Both the position numbers and the translations under genes were made by a program. This document shows, piece after piece, positions 53,159-62,580 of a stretch of DNA of 64,000 nucleotides. Every line of letters begins with the position of its first letter. Within the stretch, counting starts at the first letter, position 1. Below the pieces are notes generated by a model. It saw only the letters and a list, made by a program, of their open reading frames with translations. It made no database searches and was not told where the DNA came from. Origin of the DNA: Deltaproteobacteria bacterium (lineage in GTDB: Bacteria > Desulfobacterota > Desulfuromonadia > Geobacterales > Pseudopelobacteraceae); NCBI GenBank assembly GCA_035407085.1, contig DAONZY010000005.1:5648-69647 (forward strand). Reading direction: 5' to 3'.

Positions 53159-53992
53159 ATGGAATATATGGCAAAGACCCGCGCAATCGTTATAACCGGT
53201 AACGGCACCAATTGTGAAATGGAGGCGGCCCATGCCTGCCGTCTGGGCGGATTTGATGAGGCGGTAATCGCCCATATCGCCGAGATACTTTCCGGAGAAA
53301 TCAGGCTGGATGATTTTCATTTCCTTAACCTGACCGGCGGTTTTCTGGATGGAGATGATCTGGGCAGCGCCAAGGCGCAGGCCAACCGTTTGAAACATGC
53401 CACTGTCAGTGGTACCGGTGAGAAACTGGTTGATCAGTTTAACCGCTTTATCCAGGACGGCAAGCTGATCCTGGGGGTCTGCAACGGTTTTCAGCTGATG
53501 GTCAAGATGGGCATGCTGCCTGGTTTTGACGGTGATTACCTGACCCAGTCGGTGACGTTGACCCATAACGATTGTGGTCGATTCCAGGACCGCTGGACCT
53601 GCCTGAAGGTGGATGGTGAGTCGCCCGCTGTTTTTACAAAGGGGATCGAAAAGGGCATCTATCTGCCGGTGCGACATGGAGAGGGCAAGTTCCTCTGTGA
53701 CAGCGCGGCCACCCTTAATCGCATAGAATCAGAGCATCTGGCCGTACTCAAGTATTCCGGTTCGGACTATCAGGAGGCGACAATGGAGTTTCCAGATAAC
53801 CCCAACGGTGCGGTCAATGCCATTGCCGGGTTGTGTGACCCCACCGGCCGGCTGATGGGGCTGATGCCGCATCCGGAGGCCTTCGTACATTACACCCAGC
53901 ACCCCCGCTGGACCAGGGAAACGTTGCCGGAAGATGGCGATGGACTGATCCTGTATAAAAATGCGGCCCAATATGTTAGATACAACCTGTAA
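53159..53992 (+). CDS. purQ: Phosphoribosylformylglycinamidine synthase, glutaminase subunit
   Basis: 277 aa, class-I amidotransferase, with the nucleophile elbow GVCNGFQ and the distal HPE triad. A start at 53168 (MAKTRAIV) is equally possible. Confidence 0.88.
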   Translation: MEYMAKTRAIVITGNGTNCEMEAAHACRLGGFDEAVIAHIAEILSGEIRLDDFHFLNLTGGFLDGDDLGSAKAQANRLKHATVSGTGEKLVDQFNRFIQDGKLILGVCNGFQLMVKMGMLPGFDGDYLTQSVTLTHNDCGRFQDRWTCLKVDGESPAVFTKGIEKGIYLPVRHGEGKFLCDSAATLNRIESEHLAVLKYSGSDYQEATMEFPDNPNGAVNAIAGLCDPTGRLMGLMPHPEAFVHYTQHPRWTRETLPEDGDGLILYKNAAQYVRYNL

Positions 53993-54048
53993 TCTGCCAT
54001 CATGAAAGCACTAAGCTTTAAAACCTGGGATGTCTGGAGTCACTATAA

Positions 54049-55470
54049 ATGGAATTGAACAGACCACACGAAGAATGCGGTGTTTTCGGCATCATCAATC
54101 ATTCGGAAGCATCCAATCTTGCCTATCTGGGGCTGTATGCCCTGCAGCACCGCGGCCAGGAAAGCTGCGGCATTGTCTCCTCGGACAGTTCCACGCTGCA
54201 TGAGCACAAGCGCATGGGCCTGGTGGCCGATGTGTTCGGTAATCAGGATATTTTTAAAAAACTGCCGGGCCGAGCCGCCATTGGCCATGTACGCTATTCC
54301 ACGGCTGGCGCCTCGGTGGAGAAGAATGTGCAGCCGATCATGGTTGATTACTCCCGTGGGTCGATTGCGGTGGCGCACAACGGCAATCTGGTTAATGCCC
54401 AGATCCTCAAGGCTGAACTTGAGGCCTATGGCTCCATCTTCCAGACCACCATGGATACGGAGATCATCATTCATCTACTGGCCATGTCGCGCAGCAATCT
54501 ACTGACCGATCGCATTGTGGAATCGATCAGCCGCATTCAGGGGGCATACTGCCTGCTGTTTCTTACCAAGAGCCGCATGATCGCCGTGCGTGACCCGAAT
54601 GGTTTTCGGCCACTGTGCCTAGGCAAGCTGGGCGACGCCTGGGTGGTGGCATCGGAAAGCTGCGCCCTGGATCTGATCGAGGCCAGGTATGTGCGTGAGA
54701 TCGAGCCTGGAGAGATGATCGTATGCGGTAACGATGGTTCCCTGGAATCACTGTTTCCGTTCAAGAAGATCGAACAGACACCCTGTATCTTCGAGTTTGT
54801 CTATTTTGCCCGTCCGGATTCCAATATATTTGGCGGCAGGAGCGTCTATGCGACCCGCAAGGAGTTGGGACGGCAGCTGGCCAGGGAGTTCAGGGTGGAT
54901 GCCGATCTGGTTATTCCGGTTCCGGATTCCGGCGTTCCAGCGGCCATGGGTTATGCGGAGGAGTCGGGCATACGTTTTGAACTGGGGTTGATCCGCAACC
55001 ACTATGTGGGCAGGACATTCATCGAACCGGCCCAGTCCATACGTCACTTTGGCGTCAAGATCAAACTCAATCCGGTGCGGGAGATTCTCAAGGGTAAGCG
55101 TGTGGTTGTGATCGACGATTCGATTGTCCGCGGCACCACCTCACGCAAGATTATCAAAATGGTGCGGGACGCCGGAGCCAGCGAGGTGCACATGCTGATC
55201 TCCTCGCCTCCGACCAGTTATCCCTGTTATTATGGCATCGATACCCCCAACCGCAAGGAGCTGATCTCTTCTTCCCATACCGTTGAAGAAATCTGTCGCT
55301 ATATCACGGCTGACTCACTGGGCTATCTTTCGGAGGATGGCCTGGTCAAGGCGGTTGGCATGGAACACATCAATTTTTGCAAGGCCTGTTTTGCCGGAAA
55401 TTATCCGGTTGGATTCCCCAGAGCTGAGGAGATACCCCAGATGGGATTATTTGAGGAGGGAAAACGCTAA
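54049..55470 (+). CDS. purF: Amidophosphoribosyltransferase
   Basis: 473 aa. Ntn nucleophile context ECGVFGI after a short propeptide. PRPP loop VVVIDDSIVRGTT. Cys residues consistent with the Fe-S type. Confidence 0.95.
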   Translation: MELNRPHEECGVFGIINHSEASNLAYLGLYALQHRGQESCGIVSSDSSTLHEHKRMGLVADVFGNQDIFKKLPGRAAIGHVRYSTAGASVEKNVQPIMVDYSRGSIAVAHNGNLVNAQILKAELEAYGSIFQTTMDTEIIIHLLAMSRSNLLTDRIVESISRIQGAYCLLFLTKSRMIAVRDPNGFRPLCLGKLGDAWVVASESCALDLIEARYVREIEPGEMIVCGNDGSLESLFPFKKIEQTPCIFEFVYFARPDSNIFGGRSVYATRKELGRQLAREFRVDADLVIPVPDSGVPAAMGYAEESGIRFELGLIRNHYVGRTFIEPAQSIRHFGVKIKLNPVREILKGKRVVVIDDSIVRGTTSRKIIKMVRDAGASEVHMLISSPPTSYPCYYGIDTPNRKELISSSHTVEEICRYITADSLGYLSEDGLVKAVGMEHINFCKACFAGNYPVGFPRAEEIPQMGLFEEGKR

Positions 55471-55472
55471 TA

Positions 55473-56021
55473 ATGACTGACCGCGAGAAACTGAAACAGA
55501 TTGTACTGGAAAAATCCTACGAGAAACGGTTGGTTAAACTGGCTTCCGGCCGTGAAAGTGATTTTTACTTTGACGGTAAGCAGACCACCCTGCACGCAGA
55601 AGGCGGGTTTCTGGTTGGCAAGTTGATGTATGAGGCCATTCGGGACGTGGCAGGGGTTGAAGCGGTGGGAGGCATTACGCTTGGCGCCGATCCGATTGCG
55701 ACGGCCACCTCGATCGCTGCCCATCTGGACGGCAAAAGTCTGCATGCCTTCATTATTCGCAAGGAGCCCAAAGGGCATGGAACTGGCCAGTGGCTGGAGG
55801 GACGTAAAAACCTGCCGCCCGGCACAAAGGTGGTTATCCTGGAGGATGTGGTTACCACCGGTGGTTCCTCCATGAAGGCAGTGCGCCGCGCCGAAGAGGA
55901 GGGACTTAAGGTGCTGGGCATTGTCACGCTGGTTGATCGCGAAGAAGGCGGGCGTGAGAACATCGAGGCCGAAGGTTATTGGCTGAGGGCGCTCTTCACC
56001 AAGAGTCAGCTGGTCAGTTAA
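55473..56021 (+). CDS. pyrE: Orotate phosphoribosyltransferase
   Basis: 182 aa with the PRPP motif VVILEDVVTTGGS. It starts 2 nt after the purF stop. Confidence 0.9.
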   Translation: MTDREKLKQIVLEKSYEKRLVKLASGRESDFYFDGKQTTLHAEGGFLVGKLMYEAIRDVAGVEAVGGITLGADPIATATSIAAHLDGKSLHAFIIRKEPKGHGTGQWLEGRKNLPPGTKVVILEDVVTTGGSSMKAVRRAEEEGLKVLGIVTLVDREEGGRENIEAEGYWLRALFTKSQLVS

Positions 56022-56043
56022 GCATATGCACATATCCGCAAGT

Positions 56044-56084
56044 AAACGGGGAGGGCCAAATTACGGCTCTCCCCGTTTTTTGTT
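56044..56084 (+). terminator. Rho-independent terminator after pyrE
   Basis: AAACGGGGAG (56044-56053) pairs with CTCCCCGTTT (56068-56077) and is followed by a T run. Confidence 0.85.
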
Positions 56085-56215
56085 GTTGGGCTGTTGACTT
56101 GTAAACGGCGGGTTTTGGGGTAAGCTTTTCGGTAATGACAGATACCATGCCCGCATGTCGGGCTGGATCATCTGCTGACAGCTGTTTTCATCATCAGCGT
56201 TCAAGAGGTTATGCA

Positions 56216-58930
56216 ATGGCGGATACATTTTCAGTTTTACTGGTAGATAGCTCCAGATCAATGCGCAATGCCCTGCGCAAACAGCTGGAGGCTGCCGGCC
56301 ATACGGTAAATGAAGCCGATAATGGTCACAAGGGACTGGATGCCTTTGAACAGTGGAAAACAGATGTTGTCATGACAGGCATGGATATGCCTGGCATGGA
56401 TGGCTACGACCTGATCGCTGCCATCAGAGAAAGGGATGTGCATGTCCCGGTCATCGTGCTGTCCAGATCGGTCGCCCCGGAGGATTTCAACAACTCCGGC
56501 CGGCTGGCGGGCTGTGATTGGCTGAAGATACCGGTTAATAACCCGGCAGAGATGGATATTGTTCTTCGCAGGGGAATGGAACGCTGGCGCATTCTGGAGG
56601 AAAACCGGCGTTATCGTGAACATCTTCAGGAACTGGTCAAGGTCTATACACTGGATGTGCATGAAAGCAAGGAACGCTACAAGCGATTGCTGGATTCGCT
56701 GACCAGCTATGTCTACACGGTGACCTTCGGCAGGGACGGTACGATTGAAACCATCCACCGTCCCGGATGTGAAACCGTTACGGGTTATACCTGTGAGGAG
56801 TATGGTCTGGATCACAACCTGTGGTACCGGATAGTGCATGAGGATGATCGTCAGACGGTGCTGGATGTGGTTGAGCGCGTCATGACAGAGCCGGCAGTGC
56901 AGAAGATTGAGCATCGTATCCTTCACAAGGACGGTTCAGTGCGCTGGGTCTGCAACACCCTGGTGCCGTGCTGGGTATCCAACCACCTGCTCTCCTACGA
57001 CGGCATTATCACCGACATCACACAACGCAAGGAGGCCGAGGAACGGCTGCGGCAAAGTGAGGAACGCTACCGTATCATCAGCGAGCAGAGCGGTCAGGTG
57101 GTTTACGATATCGATACCTGGAGCGATGTGCTGCATTGGAGCGGCGATGTGGAACGGATTACGGGATATCTACTCTCCGAGCTGGAAAATCTAAATATGG
57201 ACCAGCGTGTGGCCCTGATCCATCCGGATGACAGGGAGCAGGCCTTGTCGGTGAAACGGCAGGCCACCAGGGAGCTGACCGCTTACAGGGTTGAATACCG
57301 TTTGCGTAAGAAATGCGGCGAGTACATCCATGTGGAAGACCATGGCGTGGTGCTGCCCGGAGCGGACAACAGGACTCGCCGACGGTTGGGCATGCTGGAA
57401 GATGTCAGCGAACGCAAGCGGGCCGAACGGGCCCTGCAGGCCAGCGAAGCCAAACTTCGGCTGCAGTTTGAGCGCATGCCGATCGGCTGTATCATGTTTG
57501 ATACCAGATTTCGGGTGGTATCCTGGAATCCCGCCGCAGAGGACATCTTTGGTTATACGGCTGCCGAGGTGGAAGGCAAGCAGGTTTTCAAGCAGATCGT
57601 ACCCAAGCAGTATCGCGAAGAGGCAAAAGAGGTTTGGCGGCGGCTGATGTGTGGTGAGTCCACCATCTTTAATGAAAATGGCAATCTGGCCAAGGACGGA
57701 CGGATAATTTACTGCTCCTGGTCCAACACCACGCTCTATGATGATAGTGGCAAGGTCAGCGGTGTGCTGTCCATGTGTCAGGATATTACTGAGCGGATGA
57801 TGGTTGAGGAACAACTCAAGCACCATGTTGATAATCTGGCGGCACTCAGTACGATCGATGCGGCCATCAACAGCAGTCTGGACCTGAGGATCACGCTGAA
57901 GGTGCTGCTGCAGGAAACCCTCAAGCAACTCAATGTGGATGCTGCCAGTGTACTGCTGCTGGATCCCTATAGCCAGATGCTGGAGTACAAGGCCGGCATG
58001 GGCTTTGACACCAGGAGGATCGGCTTTTCCAGGGTTCGTCTTGGCGAAAGCTATGCCGGTAACGTGGCGCGGGAACGCAAGATACGAATTGTCAGCAATG
58101 CGGGTAATTCACAGGAGTGGGATGCACCGCATAACCTGCTTTCCTGCGAAGGATTCAAGGCCTATGTGGGTGTGCCGCTGGTTTCCAAGGGCCAGGTCAA
58201 GGGGGTGCTGGAGATATTCCACCGCTCGCCGCTTGAGCCTTCCCAGGACTGGCTTGTATTTGTCGAGGCCTTTGCTGGCCAGGCTGCCATTGCCCTGGAT
58301 AATGCCGAGGTCTACGATTGCCTGCAAAATTCGCACAGTGAGCTGCTGCTGGCTTATGACACAACCATTGAGGGGTGGTCACGAGCCCTGGATTTCAGGG
58401 ACAAGGAAACAGAGGGGCACAGCAGACGTGTAACGGATCTGACTGTACGCATAGCCAGGGAGATGGGTATTGGCAAGGACAAGCTGATTCATATCCGCAG
58501 AGGGGCATTGTTGCATGATATCGGCAAACTGGGGGTGCCGGACAGTATATTGCTCAAACCGGGCCAGCTGACGGATGTGGAGTTCGATATCATGAAGCAG
58601 CACACCAGAATTGCCTTCAGCATCCTTTCGCCAATCGAATTTTTGCGACCTGCCATTGAGATTCCCCATTATCACCATGAAAAGTGGGATGGTAGCGGCT
58701 ATCCGCACGGTATGAAGGGTGATGAGATCCCGATCTCGGCCAGGATATTTGCTTATGTGGATGTCTGGGATGCATTGCTTTCCGATCGACCTTATCGCAA
58801 GGCCTGGCCGTTTGAAAAGGTGCGTGATTATATCCGTTCCCAATCGGGAATGCATTTTGACCCCAACCTGCTGAATGTGATCGAAAAGGTTGTGTTTGAA
58901 CAGTCGGAGCTATGGTTGCCGCTTTACTGA
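56216..58930 (+). CDS. Response regulator with PAS x3, GAF and HD-GYP output (putative c-di-GMP phosphodiesterase)
   Basis: Trimmed to the ATG at 56216, 7 nt after AGAGG. REC (LLVDSS, VVMTGMDMPGMDG). Three PAS-like repeats, then a GAF. HD-GYP motifs HSRRV, LLHDIGK and HHEKWDGSGYP. Confidence 0.88.
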   Translation: MADTFSVLLVDSSRSMRNALRKQLEAAGHTVNEADNGHKGLDAFEQWKTDVVMTGMDMPGMDGYDLIAAIRERDVHVPVIVLSRSVAPEDFNNSGRLAGCDWLKIPVNNPAEMDIVLRRGMERWRILEENRRYREHLQELVKVYTLDVHESKERYKRLLDSLTSYVYTVTFGRDGTIETIHRPGCETVTGYTCEEYGLDHNLWYRIVHEDDRQTVLDVVERVMTEPAVQKIEHRILHKDGSVRWVCNTLVPCWVSNHLLSYDGIITDITQRKEAEERLRQSEERYRIISEQSGQVVYDIDTWSDVLHWSGDVERITGYLLSELENLNMDQRVALIHPDDREQALSVKRQATRELTAYRVEYRLRKKCGEYIHVEDHGVVLPGADNRTRRRLGMLEDVSERKRAERALQASEAKLRLQFERMPIGCIMFDTRFRVVSWNPAAEDIFGYTAAEVEGKQVFKQIVPKQYREEAKEVWRRLMCGESTIFNENGNLAKDGRIIYCSWSNTTLYDDSGKVSGVLSMCQDITERMMVEEQLKHHVDNLAALSTIDAAINSSLDLRITLKVLLQETLKQLNVDAASVLLLDPYSQMLEYKAGMGFDTRRIGFSRVRLGESYAGNVARERKIRIVSNAGNSQEWDAPHNLLSCEGFKAYVGVPLVSKGQVKGVLEIFHRSPLEPSQDWLVFVEAFAGQAAIALDNAEVYDCLQNSHSELLLAYDTTIEGWSRALDFRDKETEGHSRRVTDLTVRIAREMGIGKDKLIHIRRGALLHDIGKLGVPDSILLKPGQLTDVEFDIMKQHTRIAFSILSPIEFLRPAIEIPHYHHEKWDGSGYPHGMKGDEIPISARIFAYVDVWDALLSDRPYRKAWPFEKVRDYIRSQSGMHFDPNLLNVIEKVVFEQSELWLPLY

Positions 58931-59028
58931 CGAGTCTGTTTTCAGATGTCTTTTGATGTATGGCCAAGCAGGGCCTGCAGTGGCAGGCTGATGCTGCCGG
59001 TGTCGCTGTCGGAAAGGACGGTGCGGCC

Positions 59029-60231
59029 ATGGTGATAGTGGAAATGTTCAAAGGCAAGTCGATAGACGAGCATCGGGTGGAACTGGTGGAACGCAAAGGA
59101 ACCGGACATCCCGACCAGATCTGCGATTCCGTGATGGAAGCCGTTTCTCTGGCGCTCTGCCGTGAGTACATGGCCCGTTTTGGCCGGATACTGCACCACA
59201 ATATCGACAAGGGACTGCTGGTGGCCGGGCAGGTGGAAAAACGCTTTGGCGGCGGACGGGTTGTTAATCCAATGGAGCTGGTCATCGGCGACCGGGCTAC
59301 AAACCGTTACGGCGGCAGCGAGATCCCGGTGGAGGAGATTGCCATCGAGGCCGCCCGAACCTGGATCGGTGAAAATTTGCGCTTTGTTGACCCGGAGCGC
59401 CATATCAACTTCAAGGTCGTGCTGGCGCCCGGTTCTGAGGAACTGGGTGACATCTTCCAGCGTCCGGGCGATATTTATGTGGCCAATGACACATCCGCTG
59501 CTGTAGGGTACTATCCGCTCAGCCCGACTGAAAAGGTGGTGCTGGGGGTGGAGCGCTTTCTGAACGGTCGTGAATTCAAGGAGAGATTTCCCCAGACAGG
59601 TGAGGATGTCAAGGTCATGGCAGGACGTGGCGGCCATTATCTCGACCTTACCATCGCCATGCCGCTTTTGGCCCCCTTTGTCAAGTCGGAGCAGGCCTAT
59701 TTTGAGATCAAGTCCGCCATTCATGATGAGATCAGGAGCTTTACCGAAAATCTTGCTGTCTTTGATCAGCTTTCCATCAACTACAACACGCTGGATGTCA
59801 GGGGCCGCGGGCTGGGCGGCGTCTACCTGAGCCTGCTGGGAACCTCGGCCGAAGATGCCGACTCGGGCCAGGTCGGGCGCGGTAATCGGGTCAACGGGCT
59901 GATTTCCATTAACCGTCCGATGGGGTCTGAGGCGACAGCGGGCAAGAATCCGGTCAGCCATGTGGGCAAGATCTACAACCTGCTGGCCCATCGCATTGCC
60001 CGGGAGATATACCAGGGCATTGAGGGCATCAAGGAGGTTTATGTACTGATGCTGAGCCGGATCGGCTCTCCGATCAACCGTCCGCAGATCGCCACGGCGC
60101 AGCTGCTATTGGAAAAAGGTCGTCATGTGGATGAGATATCGGCGCGGGTTGAAGAGATTTTTGAAGGCGAAATGGCGGGTATCAGCCAGTTCTGCGATGC
60201 ATTGATCAGGGGCGAATATCCGGTCAGCTGA
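59029..60231 (+). CDS. Archaeal-type S-adenosylmethionine synthetase (methionine adenosyltransferase)
   Basis: Blocks [69 protein letters not shown] and [13 protein letters not shown] line up with the archaeal MAT family as I recall the M. jannaschii enzyme. The start at 59029 has an AGGA upstream, and 58960 is an alternative. Confidence 0.8.
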   Translation: MVIVEMFKGKSIDEHRVELVERKGTGHPDQICDSVMEAVSLALCREYMARFGRILHHNIDKGLLVAGQVEKRFGGGRVVNPMELVIGDRATNRYGGSEIPVEEIAIEAARTWIGENLRFVDPERHINFKVVLAPGSEELGDIFQRPGDIYVANDTSAAVGYYPLSPTEKVVLGVERFLNGREFKERFPQTGEDVKVMAGRGGHYLDLTIAMPLLAPFVKSEQAYFEIKSAIHDEIRSFTENLAVFDQLSINYNTLDVRGRGLGGVYLSLLGTSAEDADSGQVGRGNRVNGLISINRPMGSEATAGKNPVSHVGKIYNLLAHRIAREIYQGIEGIKEVYVLMLSRIGSPINRPQIATAQLLLEKGRHVDEISARVEEIFEGEMAGISQFCDALIRGEYPVS

Positions 60232-60295
60232 ATTGCTTTTGCAGTCTGGCTGTGCTACTAAATTCGTCATCAAAAGAAACGGGACGGATTTGGAT

Positions 60296-61036
60296 ATGAC
60301 CAGCAAACAGCGCCTGGACAAACTGATGGTGGCACGCGGTATGACCGCCTCCCGGGAGCGGGCCCAGGCGCTGATCATGGCTGGCCAGGTGGTGGTCGGT
60401 GATCATACGGTTGACAAAGCCGGTCAGCAGGTGCCCCTTGATGCGCAGATCCGTATCAAGGGGGAGATCCTGCCCTATGTCAGCCGGGGGGGGCTAAAGC
60501 TGGCCCATGCGCTGAAGCAGTTCAACCTGGATGTGAGCGGGCTGGTGGCGATGGATGTGGGCGCCTCGACCGGTGGTTTTACCGATTGTCTGCTGCAGTC
60601 CGGGGCTGAGCGTGTATTTGCGGTTGATGTTGGCTACGGCCAGCTGGCCTGGTCCCTGCGCCAGGACAGCCGCGTGGTCAACCTGGAAAAGACTAATATC
60701 CGCAGCCTGACCAGTGAGCAACTGGGACAGGTGCCTGACATGGCCGTGATTGATGCATCGTTTATCTCGCTGGCCAAGGTGCTGCCCCCTACGGTCGCCA
60801 TTGTCAGGCCGGGCGGCATGATTGTGGCGTTGATCAAGCCCCAGTTCGAGGTGGGCAAGGGCGAGGTGGGCAAGGGCGGGATTGTTCGTGACCCGGCTGC
60901 CCACGAAAAGGTGATCGCGTCAATCCGTCAGCTGGCTGTTGATACGGGGCTGACGGTGGATGGCTTGTGCGAATCCCCGATTACGGGGGCGGATGGCAAC
61001 CGGGAGTTTCTGATACTGCTCAGATTGCCTGAATAA
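60296..61036 (+). CDS. tlyA: TlyA-family rRNA 2'-O-methyltransferase
   Basis: Trimmed to the ATG at 60296 (MTSKQRLDKLMVARG, S4-like domain). SAM-binding DVGASTGGFTD. KPQFE motif. Confidence 0.88.
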   Translation: MTSKQRLDKLMVARGMTASRERAQALIMAGQVVVGDHTVDKAGQQVPLDAQIRIKGEILPYVSRGGLKLAHALKQFNLDVSGLVAMDVGASTGGFTDCLLQSGAERVFAVDVGYGQLAWSLRQDSRVVNLEKTNIRSLTSEQLGQVPDMAVIDASFISLAKVLPPTVAIVRPGGMIVALIKPQFEVGKGEVGKGGIVRDPAAHEKVIASIRQLAVDTGLTVDGLCESPITGADGNREFLILLRLPE

Positions 61037-61053
61037 AATCGGAGGTGCAAAAA

Positions 61054-61398
61054 GTGGAAGAATGCCTGTTCTGCAGGATCATCAGGGGTGAGATACCGTC
61101 AAGCAAGGTGTTTGAGGACGATCAGCTGCTGGTGATCGAGGATATTGCCCCGCAGGCGCCCCTGCATTTGCTGATGATACCCAAAAAGCACATTGTCAAC
61201 TGTCTGGACCTGGCGGATCGTGATCAGATGCTGGTGGGCTACGTGTTCCGCAAGGCAGGGGAGATTGCCCGTCAGAAGGGGTATGATCAAAGCGGTTTCA
61301 GGCTGGTGCAGAATAATGGCGCCGGCGCAGGCCAATCGGTTTTCCATATGCATTTTCACCTGCTGGCTGGTCGGGATCTGGGCTGGCCTCCGGGGTGA
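61054..61398 (+). CDS. HIT-family (histidine triad) nucleotide hydrolase
   Basis: GTG at 61054, 8 nt after GGAGG; the ORF-track GTG at 61045 overlaps the SD. CLFCRII N-terminus and the histidine triad HMHFHLL. Confidence 0.88.
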   Translation: MEECLFCRIIRGEIPSSKVFEDDQLLVIEDIAPQAPLHLLMIPKKHIVNCLDLADRDQMLVGYVFRKAGEIARQKGYDQSGFRLVQNNGAGAGQSVFHMHFHLLAGRDLGWPPG

Positions 61399-61454
61399 TA
61401 TTGTGGTTCGACTGTATCCGTCTGTTTGATTGTTCAATTAACTTAGAGGTGCTT

Positions 61455-61994
61455 ATGAAGTTGCTGATTACCATATGTGCCGTTTTGTTCAGCTTTGCCA
61501 TGGTGAATGCCGAAATCTATTCCTGGACCGATGGTGCCGGGACGATGCATTTTACCGAGGATTACTCCCAGGTGCCGAAAAAGTATCGCAACAAGCTGAC
61601 AAGGCATGCGGAAGACGAAGACGCACCATCGACTGCACCGGCGGCGCCCCGACCTGCAAAAGCTGCTGCCAAGCCCGCTGTGTCAGCTCCGCTGCCAGCC
61701 GGTTCAGCACCGGTGAAGGGCAGGGACGGCAAGCTGCTCTATGGCGGCAGACCGGTTTCCCAGTGGCAGAATGAGTTCCGCGCCAGGGAATCTGCCTACA
61801 AAAGCCTGGAAAACAGACTTGACCAGCTTGCCGGGCAGATCAAAAGGCCGGTCGGCATTCCCCGCGAGCGGCGTGATGCGCTGCCGCAGGAGTTCAAGGC
61901 CACTCAACAGGAATACCTGAAGGCATTGAAGGAGTACAATGATCTGAACGACGCCGCCAATCGTGCCGGGCTTCCGGCGGAATTCAGAAAATGA
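61455..61994 (+). CDS. Secreted DUF4124-domain protein (paralog 1)
   Basis: Trimmed to the ATG at 61455 (AGAGG upstream). Signal peptide ...VNA/E, IYSWTDGAGTMHFTED..VPKKYR block, Ala/Pro linker and a helical C-terminus. Confidence 0.7.
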   Translation: MKLLITICAVLFSFAMVNAEIYSWTDGAGTMHFTEDYSQVPKKYRNKLTRHAEDEDAPSTAPAAPRPAKAAAKPAVSAPLPAGSAPVKGRDGKLLYGGRPVSQWQNEFRARESAYKSLENRLDQLAGQIKRPVGIPRERRDALPQEFKATQQEYLKALKEYNDLNDAANRAGLPAEFRK

Positions 61995-62518
61995 CTGGCG
62001 ATATGGAGATGGCGATGCGATGGGTGATGGTTGTAGCTGTTTTTTTCTTGTCGGCCGTATCCCTGCAGGCAGAGACCTATACATGGACCGATGACAGCGG
62101 CACGGTTAACTTTGCCGACGATCTGTCGCTTGTTCCGGCCAGATACCGCAGCAAGGCGCGCGTAAGCGGCTTCGACGGTGGAACAGCGTCTGCACCGGTG
62201 CCTGCCGTCACCGCACCTGCCGGCGCCAAACCAGCTGCCATGCCCGGCGCCAAAGCGGAACCGGAGAAGTCCTATGGCGGCAAGACCCAGGCAGATTGGA
62301 AAAAGGCATTACAGGAAGTGCAGGCGGAGATCAAACAACAGGATGCTTTGGTCAAGAAGCTGGCCAAAGATGTACAGGATCGTGACCAGCTCTATGTGGG
62401 GCGCGCCCAGTTCGACGCCCGTCAGCGTTACAACGCAGCGGTCGAGGCCTTCAACAAGGCATCTGCAAGGTTTGATCAATTGCTGGCCGAGGCACGCAGG
62501 GCCGGCGCTCCTTTGTAG
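61991..62518 (+). CDS. Secreted DUF4124-domain protein (paralog 2)
   Basis: ATGA overlap with the upstream stop; a start at 62015 is also possible. Same architecture: signal peptide, TYTWTDDSGTVNFADD..VPARYR, Ala/Pro linker and a helical C-terminus. Confidence 0.7.
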   Translation: MTGDMEMAMRWVMVVAVFFLSAVSLQAETYTWTDDSGTVNFADDLSLVPARYRSKARVSGFDGGTASAPVPAVTAPAGAKPAAMPGAKAEPEKSYGGKTQADWKKALQEVQAEIKQQDALVKKLAKDVQDRDQLYVGRAQFDARQRYNAAVEAFNKASARFDQLLAEARRAGAPL

Positions 62519-62540
62519 ACCGTCATTTAGCAGGGCAACA

Positions 62541-62580
62541 AAAAAGGCCCCTCGGGATGTCCCGGCGGGCCTTTTTCTCT
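62541..62580 (+). terminator. Rho-independent terminator after the DUF4124 pair
   Basis: AAAAAGGCCC (62541-62550) pairs with GGGCCTTTTT (62567-62576), with additional inner pairing and a T-rich tail. Confidence 0.85.

Noticed and set aside
58931-59028. Possible SAM riboswitch upstream of the MAT gene, and ZTP/purine riboswitches upstream of purL, purB and purF
   Set aside because: I could not find the conserved cores of SAM-I, SAM-II/V, SAM-SAH, ZTP or purine riboswitches by eye. There are only weak generic hairpins. A covariance-model scan would be needed to exclude them fully.
60848-60877. Perfect 15-nt tandem duplication GAGGTGGGCAAGGGC x2 inside tlyA
   Set aside because: It encodes EVGKG-EVGKG within the conserved KPQFE-x-GK-x-VGKGG region. 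As I recall, TlyA orthologs have the same length there, so it is not an insertion or slippage artefact.
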